Below are positions 1 through 10,740 of a DNA stretch of 64,000 nucleotides, piece by piece; the stretch's first letter is position 1; each line of letters starts with the position of its first letter. The stretch lies in the IMG/VR virus record IMGVR_UViG_3300032288_004063, one strand, 5' to 3'. Position numbers and translations under genes: made by a program. This DNA comes from an uncultured virus (IMG/VR IMGVR_UViG_3300032288_004063). Lineage: Duplodnaviria; Heunggongvirae; Uroviricota; Caudoviricetes. The notes beneath the pieces are model-generated. The model had not been told where the DNA came from. It ran no database searches and saw only the letters and a program-made list of their open reading frames with translations.

Positions 1-114
1 CCCAACAGACAATCGCAGCATTCATATTTGAAGACGATGCAATTTCAATGCTCATGCATCTCATGTCTGGTGGAGGCTTTGACGGATTCACGCCTCGCTT
101 TTTTGTAACATAAC

Positions 115-699
115 ATGTTCATCTTCAATACTCTCATTCTTCTTCTCAATGGCATAGACATACCAAAGGGTACGACAAAAGCCATTGAGTTGAAGAAGAG
201 AGTATCAAAGTTGTTCGATAACGTAAAATTCAATATTGAAAGAGCTAGTAATCTAGATAATGAAGATTACACTATTGCAGGATTCTATATTGAGGAGCTG
301 CAAAAGATAGAAATACTATTGATCATACCAAAGAAAAGCAAGGGAATGATCAACATAGAAGATCCAGATCAGTTCAGGTTTTATCTTGCACAAACGATAC
401 AGCATGAGTACATACACCATCAGCAATACTTGAAGAGAGACGAACTGCCTACCGATTCATTTTCAATGTGTCGAACGGGTAGCAAGGAGAGGCAATATTT
501 AGCCGAAAGAGATGAAATCGATGCATACTCTTATGACATCGCTATTGAGGTGCATAGATATGGATGGGACAATTCTCAAACATTGAAAATATACAAGAAG
601 CAATTTGAAAGCCATCATCCCGTGATGAAAAGATTGCTAAAGAAGACATATAAGAATTTGGGAGTATTGAATGGAAAACTTAGAAGAGTTGATGCGTAG
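115..699 (+). CDS. hypothetical protein with HExxH (zincin-like) motif
   Basis: QHEYIH followed by EIDAY; start uncertain. Confidence 0.6.
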   Translation: MFIFNTLILLLNGIDIPKGTTKAIELKKRVSKLFDNVKFNIERASNLDNEDYTIAGFYIEELQKIEILLIIPKKSKGMINIEDPDQFRFYLAQTIQHEYIHHQQYLKRDELPTDSFSMCRTGSKERQYLAERDEIDAYSYDIAIEVHRYGWDNSQTLKIYKKQFESHHPVMKRLLKKTYKNLGVLNGKLRRVDA

Positions 700-877
700 C
701 ACGATGGATGAAGCGCATGTTATGTTGAATCGTGCTAAAAGTCGCGAAGAGTTCATGGCTATAAATGGTTCACTTTTAGCTGTGGTTCAAGGCATGTATG
801 TCAAATTCATGGGAAATCAATCTACGGCTCAGTTGTTTTATTCTATAGCAGATAAGTTGGCTACTACGAAAGACTAA
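671..877 (+). CDS. hypothetical protein
   Basis: 68 aa ORF with GGAG RBS, co-oriented. Confidence 0.6.
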   Translation: MENLEELMRSTMDEAHVMLNRAKSREEFMAINGSLLAVVQGMYVKFMGNQSTAQLFYSIADKLATTKD

Positions 878-902
878 ATATTGAGTAATCTTGGAGATAT
901 GG

Positions 903-2222
903 ATGACTCAATATAGAATTGATACGCACGAATTTTGGGGTGCGAACAAGACAATATACGAAGTGAATTTGACGACAGACATGTATGGAAATGTCATACC
1001 GGGTGGTAATCCGTCGGGAATGGCAGTAGATGCATTTGGTCGTTCAAGAGTCTCTACTCCACTAACACTATTCGACTCATCTCATAGATACAACGACAAT
1101 GGACTATGGGCGACATCAAACTCCAGCGGAACTACAGTTACGTTTGACGGAAATGCGGGTCTAATCAATTTGGCTTTGCCCACGACTGCGAATGCCGAAA
1201 TTATTCGTGAAACGACGAAAGTATTTTCATATCAGCCAGGAAAGTCTCTTCAGATTTTAAACACGTTTGTCCTTAATCCTGCACAAACAAATTTGCGTCA
1301 GAGGATTGGTTATTTTGGTGCAAACAACGGAATATATCTAGAACTAGACGGATCTAATCTATATTTTGTAGAAAGAAATTATATTAGCGGAACACTAGGC
1401 GAGACGCGAGTTGCACAAGCTGATTGGAATATTGATACACTTCTAGGTAATGTAACGTCGAGTCCATCTAAAATAACGTTAGACATAACTAAAGCGCAAA
1501 TCATGTTCACTGACATCGAATGGCTTGGACTTGGAACTGTACGATGTGGATTTGTCATTGATGGTAGATTTATTCATTGTCATTCATTTCATCATGCAAA
1601 TCTCATAGCATCCACGTACATGACAACAGCATCACTTCCGTTTAGATTGGAAATAAAGAACAATAACGGCGCTACTGCTAATTCAAGTGTAATGAAACAG
1701 GTTTGTTCTTCTGCAATATCTGAAGGTGGGTATGAACTTCGCGGAGCACAGCAAGCAATTTCTATTCCGATAACGGCTCCAACAGATCTACCAACAGCAG
1801 GAACTTATTATCCTGTAATTTCCATACGATTAAAAACATCCCCTAATAGATTGGACGCGATTGTCATTTTGACAGCACTTTCTATTCTAGGTATCACGAA
1901 TAACTGCAATTACAACTGGCAAGTAGTTACTAATGGAACAACTACTGGTGGAACTTGGGTGAGTGCTGGAGCTACTAGTGCTGTTGAATATAACATAACA
2001 GGAACAGGATTTAGTGGAGGACGAACTTTGGCATCTGGTTATTCAGCCTCAACTGCACTTTCGTCTGTTGCAACAGACATTTTGAAGGAAGCATTGTTCA
2101 AGTTTCAGTTGGAGCGCAATTCGTTGACAAGTACTCCATATGAATTGACGCTTGTTGCTGCTGGAAGTACGAACGGTGGAGATATTCTTGCATCAATGGA
2201 CTGGGAAGAAGTTTCAAGATAA
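903..2222 (+). CDS. putative virion structural protein
   Basis: Thr/Gly/Ser-rich beta-type sequence; DAFGRSRVS motif typical of T4-like phage structural proteins; CTAAATA late-promoter-like site at ~874. Confidence 0.65.
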   Translation: MTQYRIDTHEFWGANKTIYEVNLTTDMYGNVIPGGNPSGMAVDAFGRSRVSTPLTLFDSSHRYNDNGLWATSNSSGTTVTFDGNAGLINLALPTTANAEIIRETTKVFSYQPGKSLQILNTFVLNPAQTNLRQRIGYFGANNGIYLELDGSNLYFVERNYISGTLGETRVAQADWNIDTLLGNVTSSPSKITLDITKAQIMFTDIEWLGLGTVRCGFVIDGRFIHCHSFHHANLIASTYMTTASLPFRLEIKNNNGATANSSVMKQVCSSAISEGGYELRGAQQAISIPITAPTDLPTAGTYYPVISIRLKTSPNRLDAIVILTALSILGITNNCNYNWQVVTNGTTTGGTWVSAGATSAVEYNITGTGFSGGRTLASGYSASTALSSVATDILKEALFKFQLERNSLTSTPYELTLVAAGSTNGGDILASMDWEEVSR

Positions 2223-2237
2223 GAAGAGAGTAAGAAA

Positions 2238-2969
2238 ATGTCTGCACAACAAGGTTTTGTATATGAAAAAAATGCAGCTAAACTGTTGAAAAAATACAAT
2301 TTAGTTCCTAAAAACTTTAGACCTGCAGGTGCAGGACACAATCAACCGGATTTAATGTTGTTATATCGTGGAGAAGAAGCAGGATGTGAGTTAAAAATAA
2401 CTGCAGCATCTGCAGGTTCTCTCGTTTTAAAATATGATGATACGAAACAAAGAAATCCATGGGGATTTGGATCAATAAAACCTGAAGAGGACGAAAAAAA
2501 ATTTCTTGCGTATGTTGCAGAAAAATCAGGATTTTTTGAAGAAGTTGATGAACAATGGAAACCAAATGGCACTCCACAAAAATTTATGGACAATCCCACA
2601 ATAAAGGATAAGAAAAAACAATATGAGGCAGATCTAAGTAATTTTAGAGATATTAAAAAAGAAATAGATTCTTCTTTTGTTGAAAAATATTACGAAAAAA
2701 AAGATACATATTATGTGAATGTGGGAACTCATGGATTTTTTTTATTTGGAAATACCAATCCTTTAAAATTAAAAAATGTTCCTCGTTTTAGTGATGCAGC
2801 AAAAGTAATTTATAGAGGTAGAGTTCAATATAAAGGTTCTGGTAATTATCAATTTACTTTTGAACTACAATTTAGTATGACAATGAAATCACCATATAAC
2901 ATTGCTCCAGTGGATGGAAAATCTGTTAATATAATAAAGTCTAAATTGAATTTAGAGTGTTTTGAATGA
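2238..2969 (+). CDS. putative PD-(D/E)xK nuclease-fold protein
   Basis: YE...QPDL...CELK spacing. Confidence 0.5.
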   Translation: MSAQQGFVYEKNAAKLLKKYNLVPKNFRPAGAGHNQPDLMLLYRGEEAGCELKITAASAGSLVLKYDDTKQRNPWGFGSIKPEEDEKKFLAYVAEKSGFFEEVDEQWKPNGTPQKFMDNPTIKDKKKQYEADLSNFRDIKKEIDSSFVEKYYEKKDTYYVNVGTHGFFLFGNTNPLKLKNVPRFSDAAKVIYRGRVQYKGSGNYQFTFELQFSMTMKSPYNIAPVDGKSVNIIKSKLNLECFE

Positions 2970-2983
2970 ATAGGAAAAATCAA

Positions 2984-4189
2984 ATGCTAAGTTTCAAATC
3001 ATACACCGTACTAAATGAAGCAGCCGAAGGCATTGCTTCTGCAAAACATCAGGAACATCCTGAGGATAATGCCATTCGTGATCGCGCTGGATTTGAACAC
3101 GCAGTATCATCTCTAAATGCAATTCATCACGCACTAAGAACTGGCGATCATGGCGACACACATATATCGACAAAACTAGACGGCGCACCAGCAGTTGTTT
3201 TTGGTCATCATCCAAAAACAGGTAAATTTTTTGTTGCAACAAAACACTCCGCATATGGAGCAACACCAAGACTTGCAACGACACATGATGAAATAGATAA
3301 ACACTTTGGTCATTCTCCGGGTCTTGCACAAAAGATGCACGCCGCACTTGAACATCTTCCTAAAGTAACACCAAAGAAAGGTGTATATCAAGGAGACTTC
3401 ATGCATGATGGCAACGAAAGAAAAGAAGAAGGTAAAGATATTACCTTTAGACCAAACACGATCAAATATCATGTGGATAAAAATACGCCAGAAGGTAAAA
3501 AAGCAGCTGCTTCAAAAATAGGATTTGCTGTCCATACACAGATTCATGGAGATCCAGATAATCCAAGCACACTTCAGGCTTCTCCACTTCGCAATTCTTC
3601 TTTTAGACAACACAACGATGTGCATCTAGTTTCACCAGAAGCTAAACTAGGTTCTGGTGGTCACATAAGCCCAGAAGATAGTATGAAGGTTCACAATCAT
3701 CTTACGAAGGCACAGAAAATTCACGATGGTTTGAGCGATATTCATCATGACGTGGTCGGTAAACACGATGAACATATCTCAACATACATCAATCAAACTG
3801 TAAGAACAGGTGAAAAGCCAACGACAGCGGGACTTCGTCAGCATATACAAAGTCGTATGCAAAAAGAAGTTGATAAGCTAAAATCTGAAAAAGGTAAGGC
3901 TCGCGCAATAGAAAAAATGAGTGCGGCTCTTGCTCATCACGATACGCATGAAAAGGAATTTGCAAAAGCATTGCAGATTCATCATCACATTCAATCAGCA
4001 AAGAATATTCTTGTTGCCGGATTGAATAAAGCCCACGGCTCTGAAAACCCTATGCGTCAAAGCATAGAAGATAAAGAAACACATCCTGAAGGATATGTTG
4101 TTCAACACAAGGGTAGAATTATCAAAATGGTTGATCGTGGCGAATTCTCAAGAGCGAATTTCAATAAACCTAAAGAGTGGAAGAAGTAA
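2984..4189 (+). CDS. conserved T4-like phage protein (KLDGAP motif, ligase/nucleotidyltransferase-like) with capsid-targeting-like leader
   Basis: TKLDGAPAVVFG, YQGD, EGYVV..K.VDR.EFSRANF; N-term MLSFKSYTVLNEA. Confidence 0.65.
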   Translation: MLSFKSYTVLNEAAEGIASAKHQEHPEDNAIRDRAGFEHAVSSLNAIHHALRTGDHGDTHISTKLDGAPAVVFGHHPKTGKFFVATKHSAYGATPRLATTHDEIDKHFGHSPGLAQKMHAALEHLPKVTPKKGVYQGDFMHDGNERKEEGKDITFRPNTIKYHVDKNTPEGKKAAASKIGFAVHTQIHGDPDNPSTLQASPLRNSSFRQHNDVHLVSPEAKLGSGGHISPEDSMKVHNHLTKAQKIHDGLSDIHHDVVGKHDEHISTYINQTVRTGEKPTTAGLRQHIQSRMQKEVDKLKSEKGKARAIEKMSAALAHHDTHEKEFAKALQIHHHIQSAKNILVAGLNKAHGSENPMRQSIEDKETHPEGYVVQHKGRIIKMVDRGEFSRANFNKPKEWKK

Positions 4190-4215
4190 TCTTTAGATAT
4201 TAGGAATATTTTATT

Positions 4216-4794
4216 ATGAATTTAGAATTAGATAATGACAAAATAGTCATAATAAATGATTTTTTGCAAGAGAATGATTATAAAAACATAACATATAACC
4301 TCTGTAATTCTTCTTATCGATCCGAGTCCAAATCTAGTTTAAAAACAGATCCGCATGGTCATTGGGTTTTAAATTTTGTTTCTGGCGAAAACTCTACTAG
4401 TGACAATATCAAAGATATTTTTTCTTTTATAAAATATGATGATATAAAAAATGTTTGGACTTATATACAAAAAAAATATAATCTTGAAGATAAAATATTA
4501 CTAAGATGCTATTCAAATGCATATACATATGGAACTGAAGGATATCCACATACAGATTCACAAAGAAAAGATGAATGGACAATAGTATTGTTTATGAACG
4601 ATGAATGGAGCATTAATTGGGCCGGAGAGCTAGTATTTTTTTCAAATGATGAAATTATAAAAGCCGTTTTACCTAAAAAAAATACTGCAGTCATTTTTCC
4701 TTCACATATGATTCATGTAGCTCGTTCTGTTTCTAGAATTTGTTATCAAGTTAGAAGAACATTAATGTTCAAATTCAAGAATAAAAACATCTAA
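4216..4794 (+). CDS. 2OG-Fe(II) oxygenase
   Basis: HTD...WAGELVF...H...R facial triad pattern. Confidence 0.85.
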   Translation: MNLELDNDKIVIINDFLQENDYKNITYNLCNSSYRSESKSSLKTDPHGHWVLNFVSGENSTSDNIKDIFSFIKYDDIKNVWTYIQKKYNLEDKILLRCYSNAYTYGTEGYPHTDSQRKDEWTIVLFMNDEWSINWAGELVFFSNDEIIKAVLPKKNTAVIFPSHMIHVARSVSRICYQVRRTLMFKFKNKNI

Positions 4795-4836
4795 ATGCAT
4801 AAATACTCTCGTCACCGCTAATTATGGGAGTATACC

Positions 4837-5121
4837 ATGGAAGCAGAATTCTTCAAGCTGGTGGCGGAAGTTGGATTTCCAATTGCATCTTCTATAGCAG
4901 GCGGATACTTTGTTTTTCTTACGCTTAAATTTATCTTAGCCGGCGTTCAAAGTTCAGTAAAAGGATTGAGTGGAATTATTATGGCTCTTGACAATCGCGT
5001 CAAGACTATGAACCATGACATCGTGAGAATTGACACTTTGATCTCTACAGCACTTCATGTCAGACCCGACACCGATAGACTCGCAAGAGCTGACGGCAAA
5101 AACGACGCAAGAAAGGACTGA
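4837..5121 (+). CDS. small membrane protein (paralog pair, 1)
   Basis: GFPI + TM helix + coiled tail; CATAAATA late promoter at 4798. Confidence 0.7.
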   Translation: MEAEFFKLVAEVGFPIASSIAGGYFVFLTLKFILAGVQSSVKGLSGIIMALDNRVKTMNHDIVRIDTLISTALHVRPDTDRLARADGKNDARKD

Positions 5122-5123
5122 AC

Positions 5124-5384
5124 ATGGATCTCGTACAACTAATCAACAAATACGGATTCCCTATCGTTGCTGCTGGCGGTATGGGTTATCTCATTTTCTA
5201 CGTATGGAAATGGGCCACGGCAGAAATCAAACCTGTGTTATCTGAAGCAAACACAGTCCTGATTGCATTGATCGACCGCGTTAGAATGTTGGACAATGAT
5301 TTGATTAGACTTAATCAAAAAATCAACATCGTTCTAATGATGAGGGAAACATATGCAAACAAAGACAAGAAGGATACTGAATAG
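5124..5384 (+). CDS. small membrane protein (paralog pair, 2)
   Basis: YGFPI + TM helix + LIDRVRMLDNDLIRL similar to the upstream ORF. Confidence 0.7.
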   Translation: MDLVQLINKYGFPIVAAGGMGYLIFYVWKWATAEIKPVLSEANTVLIALIDRVRMLDNDLIRLNQKINIVLMMRETYANKDKKDTE

Positions 5385-7254
5385 CCTTCTACTTTTTGTC
5401 ACTCTATTAACTACAACCATTGCACTAGCACAAGTTCTTCCTTCGGGATATATTGGTACGGTTACAAATAATACACCGAATACCTGGCAGACCTATTCGT
5501 ACTCGTTTACACCAAATATCTCAGGAACAAACTATGTCGGTTTTGCGTTCAGACAAGATCCTGCATTCTGGACATTCGACAACGTGTCGTTAACAGAATC
5601 AGGATCTACCGTAAATCTATTGACAAACGGAGCATTCACAACTGGTGGTGCAATCAACATCACCACAAGTAATGGACCGGGAACAATTCAAGCACCAACA
5701 AACTGGGGCGTGTGGTATCAAAACGGCACGTATCCAGCAGCTGCCGGCACTTGGAACGACATCGGCGGATCACACGGCGGTGTTTGGTATGATGGAGCTG
5801 TCGGAACATTTGACGGTATCTATCAAGGAATCAGCCTACTAGCAGGCACAACATACACGATTACATTTGAAGTGTCTGGTAATCATGTAAGCAATGGTAG
5901 TTCTGTACAGCTTGGCATTTATGCTGGTCCATGTGCCGACACAACGATTGCTATTGCGTCATGTACAATACCAAGCTCAGCTGGATTCACTACATTAGCA
6001 ACACCAGCAGAAGGTGCATCTGCAGGCAATCCTACACCAACTATTGTAAGTCAAGTTGCTGGAACACCAATCGTTTCAGAATCATCAAGCCGTGGTACTA
6101 CGACAACTACTGTGACAAATACAAGAGGAACAACAGCTTATGTTCCAACAACTACATTCACAGGCACAAGACAAGACCCCACACTGACAGTAAATCGCAA
6201 CATCACTACAGTTGCAACAACACCGATCACCACAGTAACAACGCACACAACACCTATCACAGTAGTAACAAGCACAACACCAACTACAATTCAAACATGG
6301 AGTGATGGATCTACTACGACTGTAAACGGAACAGCAACTACTTCAACAACAGTTGTAAATGAAATATTGACAGGAACTTCTGTAGCAAATGAAGTGATAA
6401 CAACACAGGACAATCAGCGTTTCACAACAAGAATTGACCAGCTATCAAAACTTGACAAAATTAGCACTCTTCAAAATGAAAATTCACTAGCTGATCCTCT
6501 AGCAAGAAACAAAGCATCTGGCAACAAGATCACAACAAGAGGTCCTGTAAACAAGGATTCTCAAGTATATGTGACAGGCTATTCTCTTCGTTCTGGTACC
6601 AAAGACACATATAGCTACACGACAAATGTTTTTGGTATTGGATATGAACAGAAATACAGCGATTCATTATTGCTTGGCGCTCAGTTCAATGGCGCAGTTA
6701 CAGATCTAAGTGGTGATGCATCGTCTGGAGAACTAAGAAAGTATTCTTTGGACTTCTTTGCATTGAAAGTTGAAGATGATTGGATTCTAAAGACTAACTT
6801 TGGTATGGCCTACAACGAATTTGAAACATCACACTTCATGCGTGGTTTAAATCTATTGAACACAGCATCTACAAAAGGTCATGATACTTGGTTTGTAAAT
6901 AGACTATACACACCAGATATGTATGGATTTAGACCATTTGCTGGTCTAAAATTGGAATACGATTATAGAAAAAGTGTATTTGAAACTGGTCCAACTCTTA
7001 CTGCGGTAAGACATTCGGGTAGAAGTGACTTTGAAGTCACTGGTCATGGCGGTATTAGATTTGAACAGGATATCGTTGAAGACTTGACTGGTGTAATTGA
7101 AGGTTTGATTGAGACAAATAAGACAAAGACAGCTTTTGCTGGATTCTCTTATGCCATTGATCAAAACTCTTCTATCATGCTAAAGTATGCAATACAAGAG
7201 AAAGAAAGCGTGGTAAATAACATTATCGGAGCACAGATAAGGATAATGTTCTAA
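5353..7254 (+). CDS. autotransporter-like outer-membrane protein (signal peptide, beta-sandwich passenger, Thr-rich stalk, beta-barrel)
   Basis: signal peptide ending ALA; Thr-rich linker; ~250 aa amphipathic beta C-terminus ending in Phe. Confidence 0.75.
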   Translation: MQTKTRRILNSLLLFVTLLTTTIALAQVLPSGYIGTVTNNTPNTWQTYSYSFTPNISGTNYVGFAFRQDPAFWTFDNVSLTESGSTVNLLTNGAFTTGGAINITTSNGPGTIQAPTNWGVWYQNGTYPAAAGTWNDIGGSHGGVWYDGAVGTFDGIYQGISLLAGTTYTITFEVSGNHVSNGSSVQLGIYAGPCADTTIAIASCTIPSSAGFTTLATPAEGASAGNPTPTIVSQVAGTPIVSESSSRGTTTTTVTNTRGTTAYVPTTTFTGTRQDPTLTVNRNITTVATTPITTVTTHTTPITVVTSTTPTTIQTWSDGSTTTVNGTATTSTTVVNEILTGTSVANEVITTQDNQRFTTRIDQLSKLDKISTLQNENSLADPLARNKASGNKITTRGPVNKDSQVYVTGYSLRSGTKDTYSYTTNVFGIGYEQKYSDSLLLGAQFNGAVTDLSGDASSGELRKYSLDFFALKVEDDWILKTNFGMAYNEFETSHFMRGLNLLNTASTKGHDTWFVNRLYTPDMYGFRPFAGLKLEYDYRKSVFETGPTLTAVRHSGRSDFEVTGHGGIRFEQDIVEDLTGVIEGLIETNKTKTAFAGFSYAIDQNSSIMLKYAIQEKESVVNNIIGAQIRIMF

Positions 7255-7583
7255 TGATTAAAATTATAGGATGTTTGCTAGCTCTGGGGCTTTTGTTTAG
7301 CCCTAGAGCATTTGCTGAAGATGATCAGTTTGTTTGGTTATCAAAACCAGTTCTATGTGGTGATACTGCAGATGTCTTGAAAAGCGTGGAAACTAGCGGA
7401 TTCAAGCCCACAGCAAAATCTACAATTGTCAGAGATAGCGATGAACGAATTGTAGGAAATTTATATTTTATGACTAAAGATGACGACTTTTTGATAATCG
7501 AGATATTTCACAAAAAGAGTTGTATAATCAGCATTTCAAAACATTTCATTATGTTCAAACAGAAAAACGAAAATGAACTATAA
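7254..7583 (+). CDS. secreted hypothetical protein
   Basis: signal peptide AFA; KPVLC...CII. Confidence 0.65.
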   Translation: MIKIIGCLLALGLLFSPRAFAEDDQFVWLSKPVLCGDTADVLKSVETSGFKPTAKSTIVRDSDERIVGNLYFMTKDDDFLIIEIFHKKSCIISISKHFIMFKQKNENEL

Positions 7584-7663
7584 GACATCAGATCTTATAG
7601 TGGTGTTATGGGCAGGATTCATGATCGGATTAGTATCCGGGATTGGTCTCTGCCTAATTACAT

Positions 7664-9715
7664 TTACTTTGAAGTAGCACGATACACACCGTCCCAATCA
7701 GCGGGTGGTGGATTCTTGATGTAATCTTCGCAACGTTCAATCATCATCGAATAGTAGTTCTTCATTCCACCATTGAATGATGTCATGAGTTTTTCACAAG
7801 ATAACATTGCTCGCGTAAAGTTCTTTGAGCGATAATCGTCCAACATCATGTTGTGCATCTCACGAAATGGTGCATAGTTCAAGAATTCCATTTCTCTATT
7901 TGTACCAATCACGGTATAGATGTTGACGCCTTGTTTCTTGCCCTTGACTGCAATTGTGTCAAGTTCAATGACAAAGTATTCATCCGCGACATACTCTGCT
8001 GTCTTTGAACCAATGACTAGTTTGACTCCGTATGGTTTGCTTTGTCCTTCAAGACGACTAGCAAGGTTGACAGCATCACCGAGGCAAGTATAATCGAAAC
8101 GCTGATCGCTTCCCATATTCCCAACAACAACCATACCAGTATTGATACCAAGACCCATGCCGAAAGGAGGAACGCCTTCAGCTGCAATGCTTCTGTTGAA
8201 TTCATCTAGATCTCCTAACATGCTTAGAGCTGTTTTGACTGCATTCTTGGCGTGCTGCTTATCATCAAGCGGAGCATTCCAAAATGCCATTTGTGCATCA
8301 CCAATATACTTATCAAGCGTTCCTTCATTCTCAAGAATCTTTGCTGTCATCGCTGTCATGTAGCGATTCATGATCTGAGTTAGTCCCTGAACATTGTCGC
8401 CATAGTGTTCACTAATCGATGTGAATCCACGAACGTCAGTAAACATGATTGACAATTCTCTACTGTCACCACCAAGCTTCAATAGCTCTGGATTCTTCTG
8501 TAGCTTTTCCACGAGTGCCTTTGAAAGATAGGACTGAAACTGCTTCTTGATTTGTTGTTTTAGTCTAAACTCTCTTGCAAAGTTATTGAAGACTAGCCAT
8601 GCGAATACTAGAGTAATTGTAAATAAAGGAAATGAGTAATCAAATAGAATATTCATTTCGTACATATAGAAGCAAAATCCAACGATTCCTGCGGAAATTG
8701 CGGCAAAGAAAGGAATTGTTTGCCAAATCTTCAATCTTGGAACAAGCACTATGAACAACAATCCAATCAATGTCAATGTCAATATCTCGACAAAGTCCGC
8801 ATAATCAAGACGAGTCAAGCTATCACCATTGACCAGAGTTGATATCATGGCGGCTTGAACTTCAGCAATATTCTTCAATCCATATGGCGTTGGAACATTT
8901 GTTGCAAGACCTTCAGCAGATATTGTTAGAATGACTACCTTATTTTCTATGTCATCCATGTGATAGATAAAACGACGATCAAATTCCTTGTTGTACTTGA
9001 TCCACACTCTTGCATTTGAGTCAGTTTGAATTGTCTCAAATTGCGGAATGCGAACAGATTCGACACCGTTCACTCCAACTTTCATTTGATAGCTTGGATC
9101 ACTAGTCAATGCACGAATGACTTCCAATGATAGTGTTGGATATAGTTCCTTGTCAATTTGAACAACCATTGGCATACGTCGCACAACGCCGTCTATTTCA
9201 CCAGATGCGGCAAGTACACCAACACCAGCTGCCTTGTCCTCAAATATCTTTAGAGGACGAACGATACCCAAAAAACGTTGTAGGAAACTATCTGGATTTT
9301 GTCCAACTACAGAAATTCCACGAGGAGATCCTTCAACTTTTGATGCTTTATTTGATGGCGCTTGTGCTATGACAACACCCTCTAATGCATTTGCTAGATC
9401 AATATCTTTTCCAAAACGATCTGGTTCCGAGAAGATTATGGGCATGACAATCATTGCTGGCTTGAACGACTTGATCATTTCAAGCACAAATGCAACCTTG
9501 TCGCGCGGCCACGGCCATTGCCCTTGATTCTCAATATCATCGTCCGTGATTTCTATGATTGAGATTTGATCGCTTGGCGTTTGTCCCTTTTGTACTTGAT
9601 AATAATCGAATGTTTTTAGTCGAGCCGTTTCAACCAACCATCCATCTTGGAATCTCAAAGATATTAGACCAATCAAGACAAGAAGAACAACCTTCCAAGA
9701 TGCAAAGAACTTCAT
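7664..9715 (-). CDS. CHASE2-domain class III adenylate cyclase
   Basis: GQWPWPR and DGVVRR (CHASE2), 3 TMs, MFTDVRGFT, DKYIGDA, GDAVNLASRLE; Lys/Asp residues indicate ATP specificity. Confidence 0.93.
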   Translation of the reverse strand: MKFFASWKVVLLVLIGLISLRFQDGWLVETARLKTFDYYQVQKGQTPSDQISIIEITDDDIENQGQWPWPRDKVAFVLEMIKSFKPAMIVMPIIFSEPDRFGKDIDLANALEGVVIAQAPSNKASKVEGSPRGISVVGQNPDSFLQRFLGIVRPLKIFEDKAAGVGVLAASGEIDGVVRRMPMVVQIDKELYPTLSLEVIRALTSDPSYQMKVGVNGVESVRIPQFETIQTDSNARVWIKYNKEFDRRFIYHMDDIENKVVILTISAEGLATNVPTPYGLKNIAEVQAAMISTLVNGDSLTRLDYADFVEILTLTLIGLLFIVLVPRLKIWQTIPFFAAISAGIVGFCFYMYEMNILFDYSFPLFTITLVFAWLVFNNFAREFRLKQQIKKQFQSYLSKALVEKLQKNPELLKLGGDSRELSIMFTDVRGFTSISEHYGDNVQGLTQIMNRYMTAMTAKILENEGTLDKYIGDAQMAFWNAPLDDKQHAKNAVKTALSMLGDLDEFNRSIAAEGVPPFGMGLGINTGMVVVGNMGSDQRFDYTCLGDAVNLASRLEGQSKPYGVKLVIGSKTAEYVADEYFVIELDTIAVKGKKQGVNIYTVIGTNREMEFLNYAPFREMHNMMLDDYRSKNFTRAMLSCEKLMTSFNGGMKNYYSMMIERCEDYIKNPPPADWDGVYRATSK

Positions 9716-10740
9716 TTTTGTATTATCCTTATTTTGTTCACATACGGGGAATCGGCATCATTTATGCCAAATGAAACTGTAGTATCACCTTGCGTGATAC
9801 TAATTGAATAGTGCTTTTCTTTTTCTATGTTCATTTGAACTTCATTTTCGACATTACGAATAAGCTTGACTTTTGTTTGCGTGAATATAGTATATATTTG
9901 CGTAGATTGATTGAGTCCCGCAACCTTACCCACGGATGATGCATCATATTCATTGAGGACATTTTGTAGTAGATCTATGTCCAAAAGATTGACATCCAAA
10001 TCATTGAATTTCAAATTATCCTTGTCGAGATTAGTTGTATCCAGTTCTCGGAATTCAAGAAGATCAATTCGCAATGGATCATTTTTATTATGCTCTTCAT
10101 CCTTGTTTTTTTCTGGTTTGGAAACTATCAATAGATTGTTTATTTGACTCTCGGTAAGATTCAATATTGTTGGTTGAGCAGGCTTTCCTTCACTTGATGC
10201 AACATATGTAGATTGAAATGCCTTGTTTAGTATGACTTGACCTGCATCAGATTCTACCTTAATCTCTCCCACGCTCCCATCACGATTTGGTAGAAGAATG
10301 ACAAGACTTTGACCTATCTCATCTACTGTCATGCTAAATGATGTTCCACGAACTCCTATCGTGGCTACAGGTGTTTGAATGTTTATGTTTTCATTGTTGT
10401 TTTTGGCAATCGCTCCAGATGCATATCGCACCGTACCAAGAGCAATTTTCATTGACATCTTGCCAGCACCACGATTTGGATCAAAGACATATTCATCGAT
10501 GACCAACTTGCTATTTTCCGTAATTGCTACTTGTGTATCATCTTTGAACTTGATATTTGCTCTTGACCGAGCCGTGCGAATTGTGTCGAGGGATTCTACT
10601 TTGCTGCCCAAAGAAACATCAACTGACGAGCCAGCTTTTTTATCTACTTGTGCTGGACCCGTCAGTTGAATAAATTCACCAATCGGATTGGCTTTTGCTT
10701 CAGTCAGACTGAGTAATAGTAGCAGTAAGATTATTGCCAT
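9712..10740 (-). CDS. FecR-domain periplasmic protein
   Basis: signal peptide; DTIRT, F.DDT, TPVATIGVRGTSF. Confidence 0.85.
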   Translation of the reverse strand: MAIILLLLLLSLTEAKANPIGEFIQLTGPAQVDKKAGSSVDVSLGSKVESLDTIRTARSRANIKFKDDTQVAITENSKLVIDEYVFDPNRGAGKMSMKIALGTVRYASGAIAKNNNENINIQTPVATIGVRGTSFSMTVDEIGQSLVILLPNRDGSVGEIKVESDAGQVILNKAFQSTYVASSEGKPAQPTILNLTESQINNLLIVSKPEKNKDEEHNKNDPLRIDLLEFRELDTTNLDKDNLKFNDLDVNLLDIDLLQNVLNEYDASSVGKVAGLNQSTQIYTIFTQTKVKLIRNVENEVQMNIEKEKHYSISITQGDTTVSFGINDADSPYVNKIRIIQK

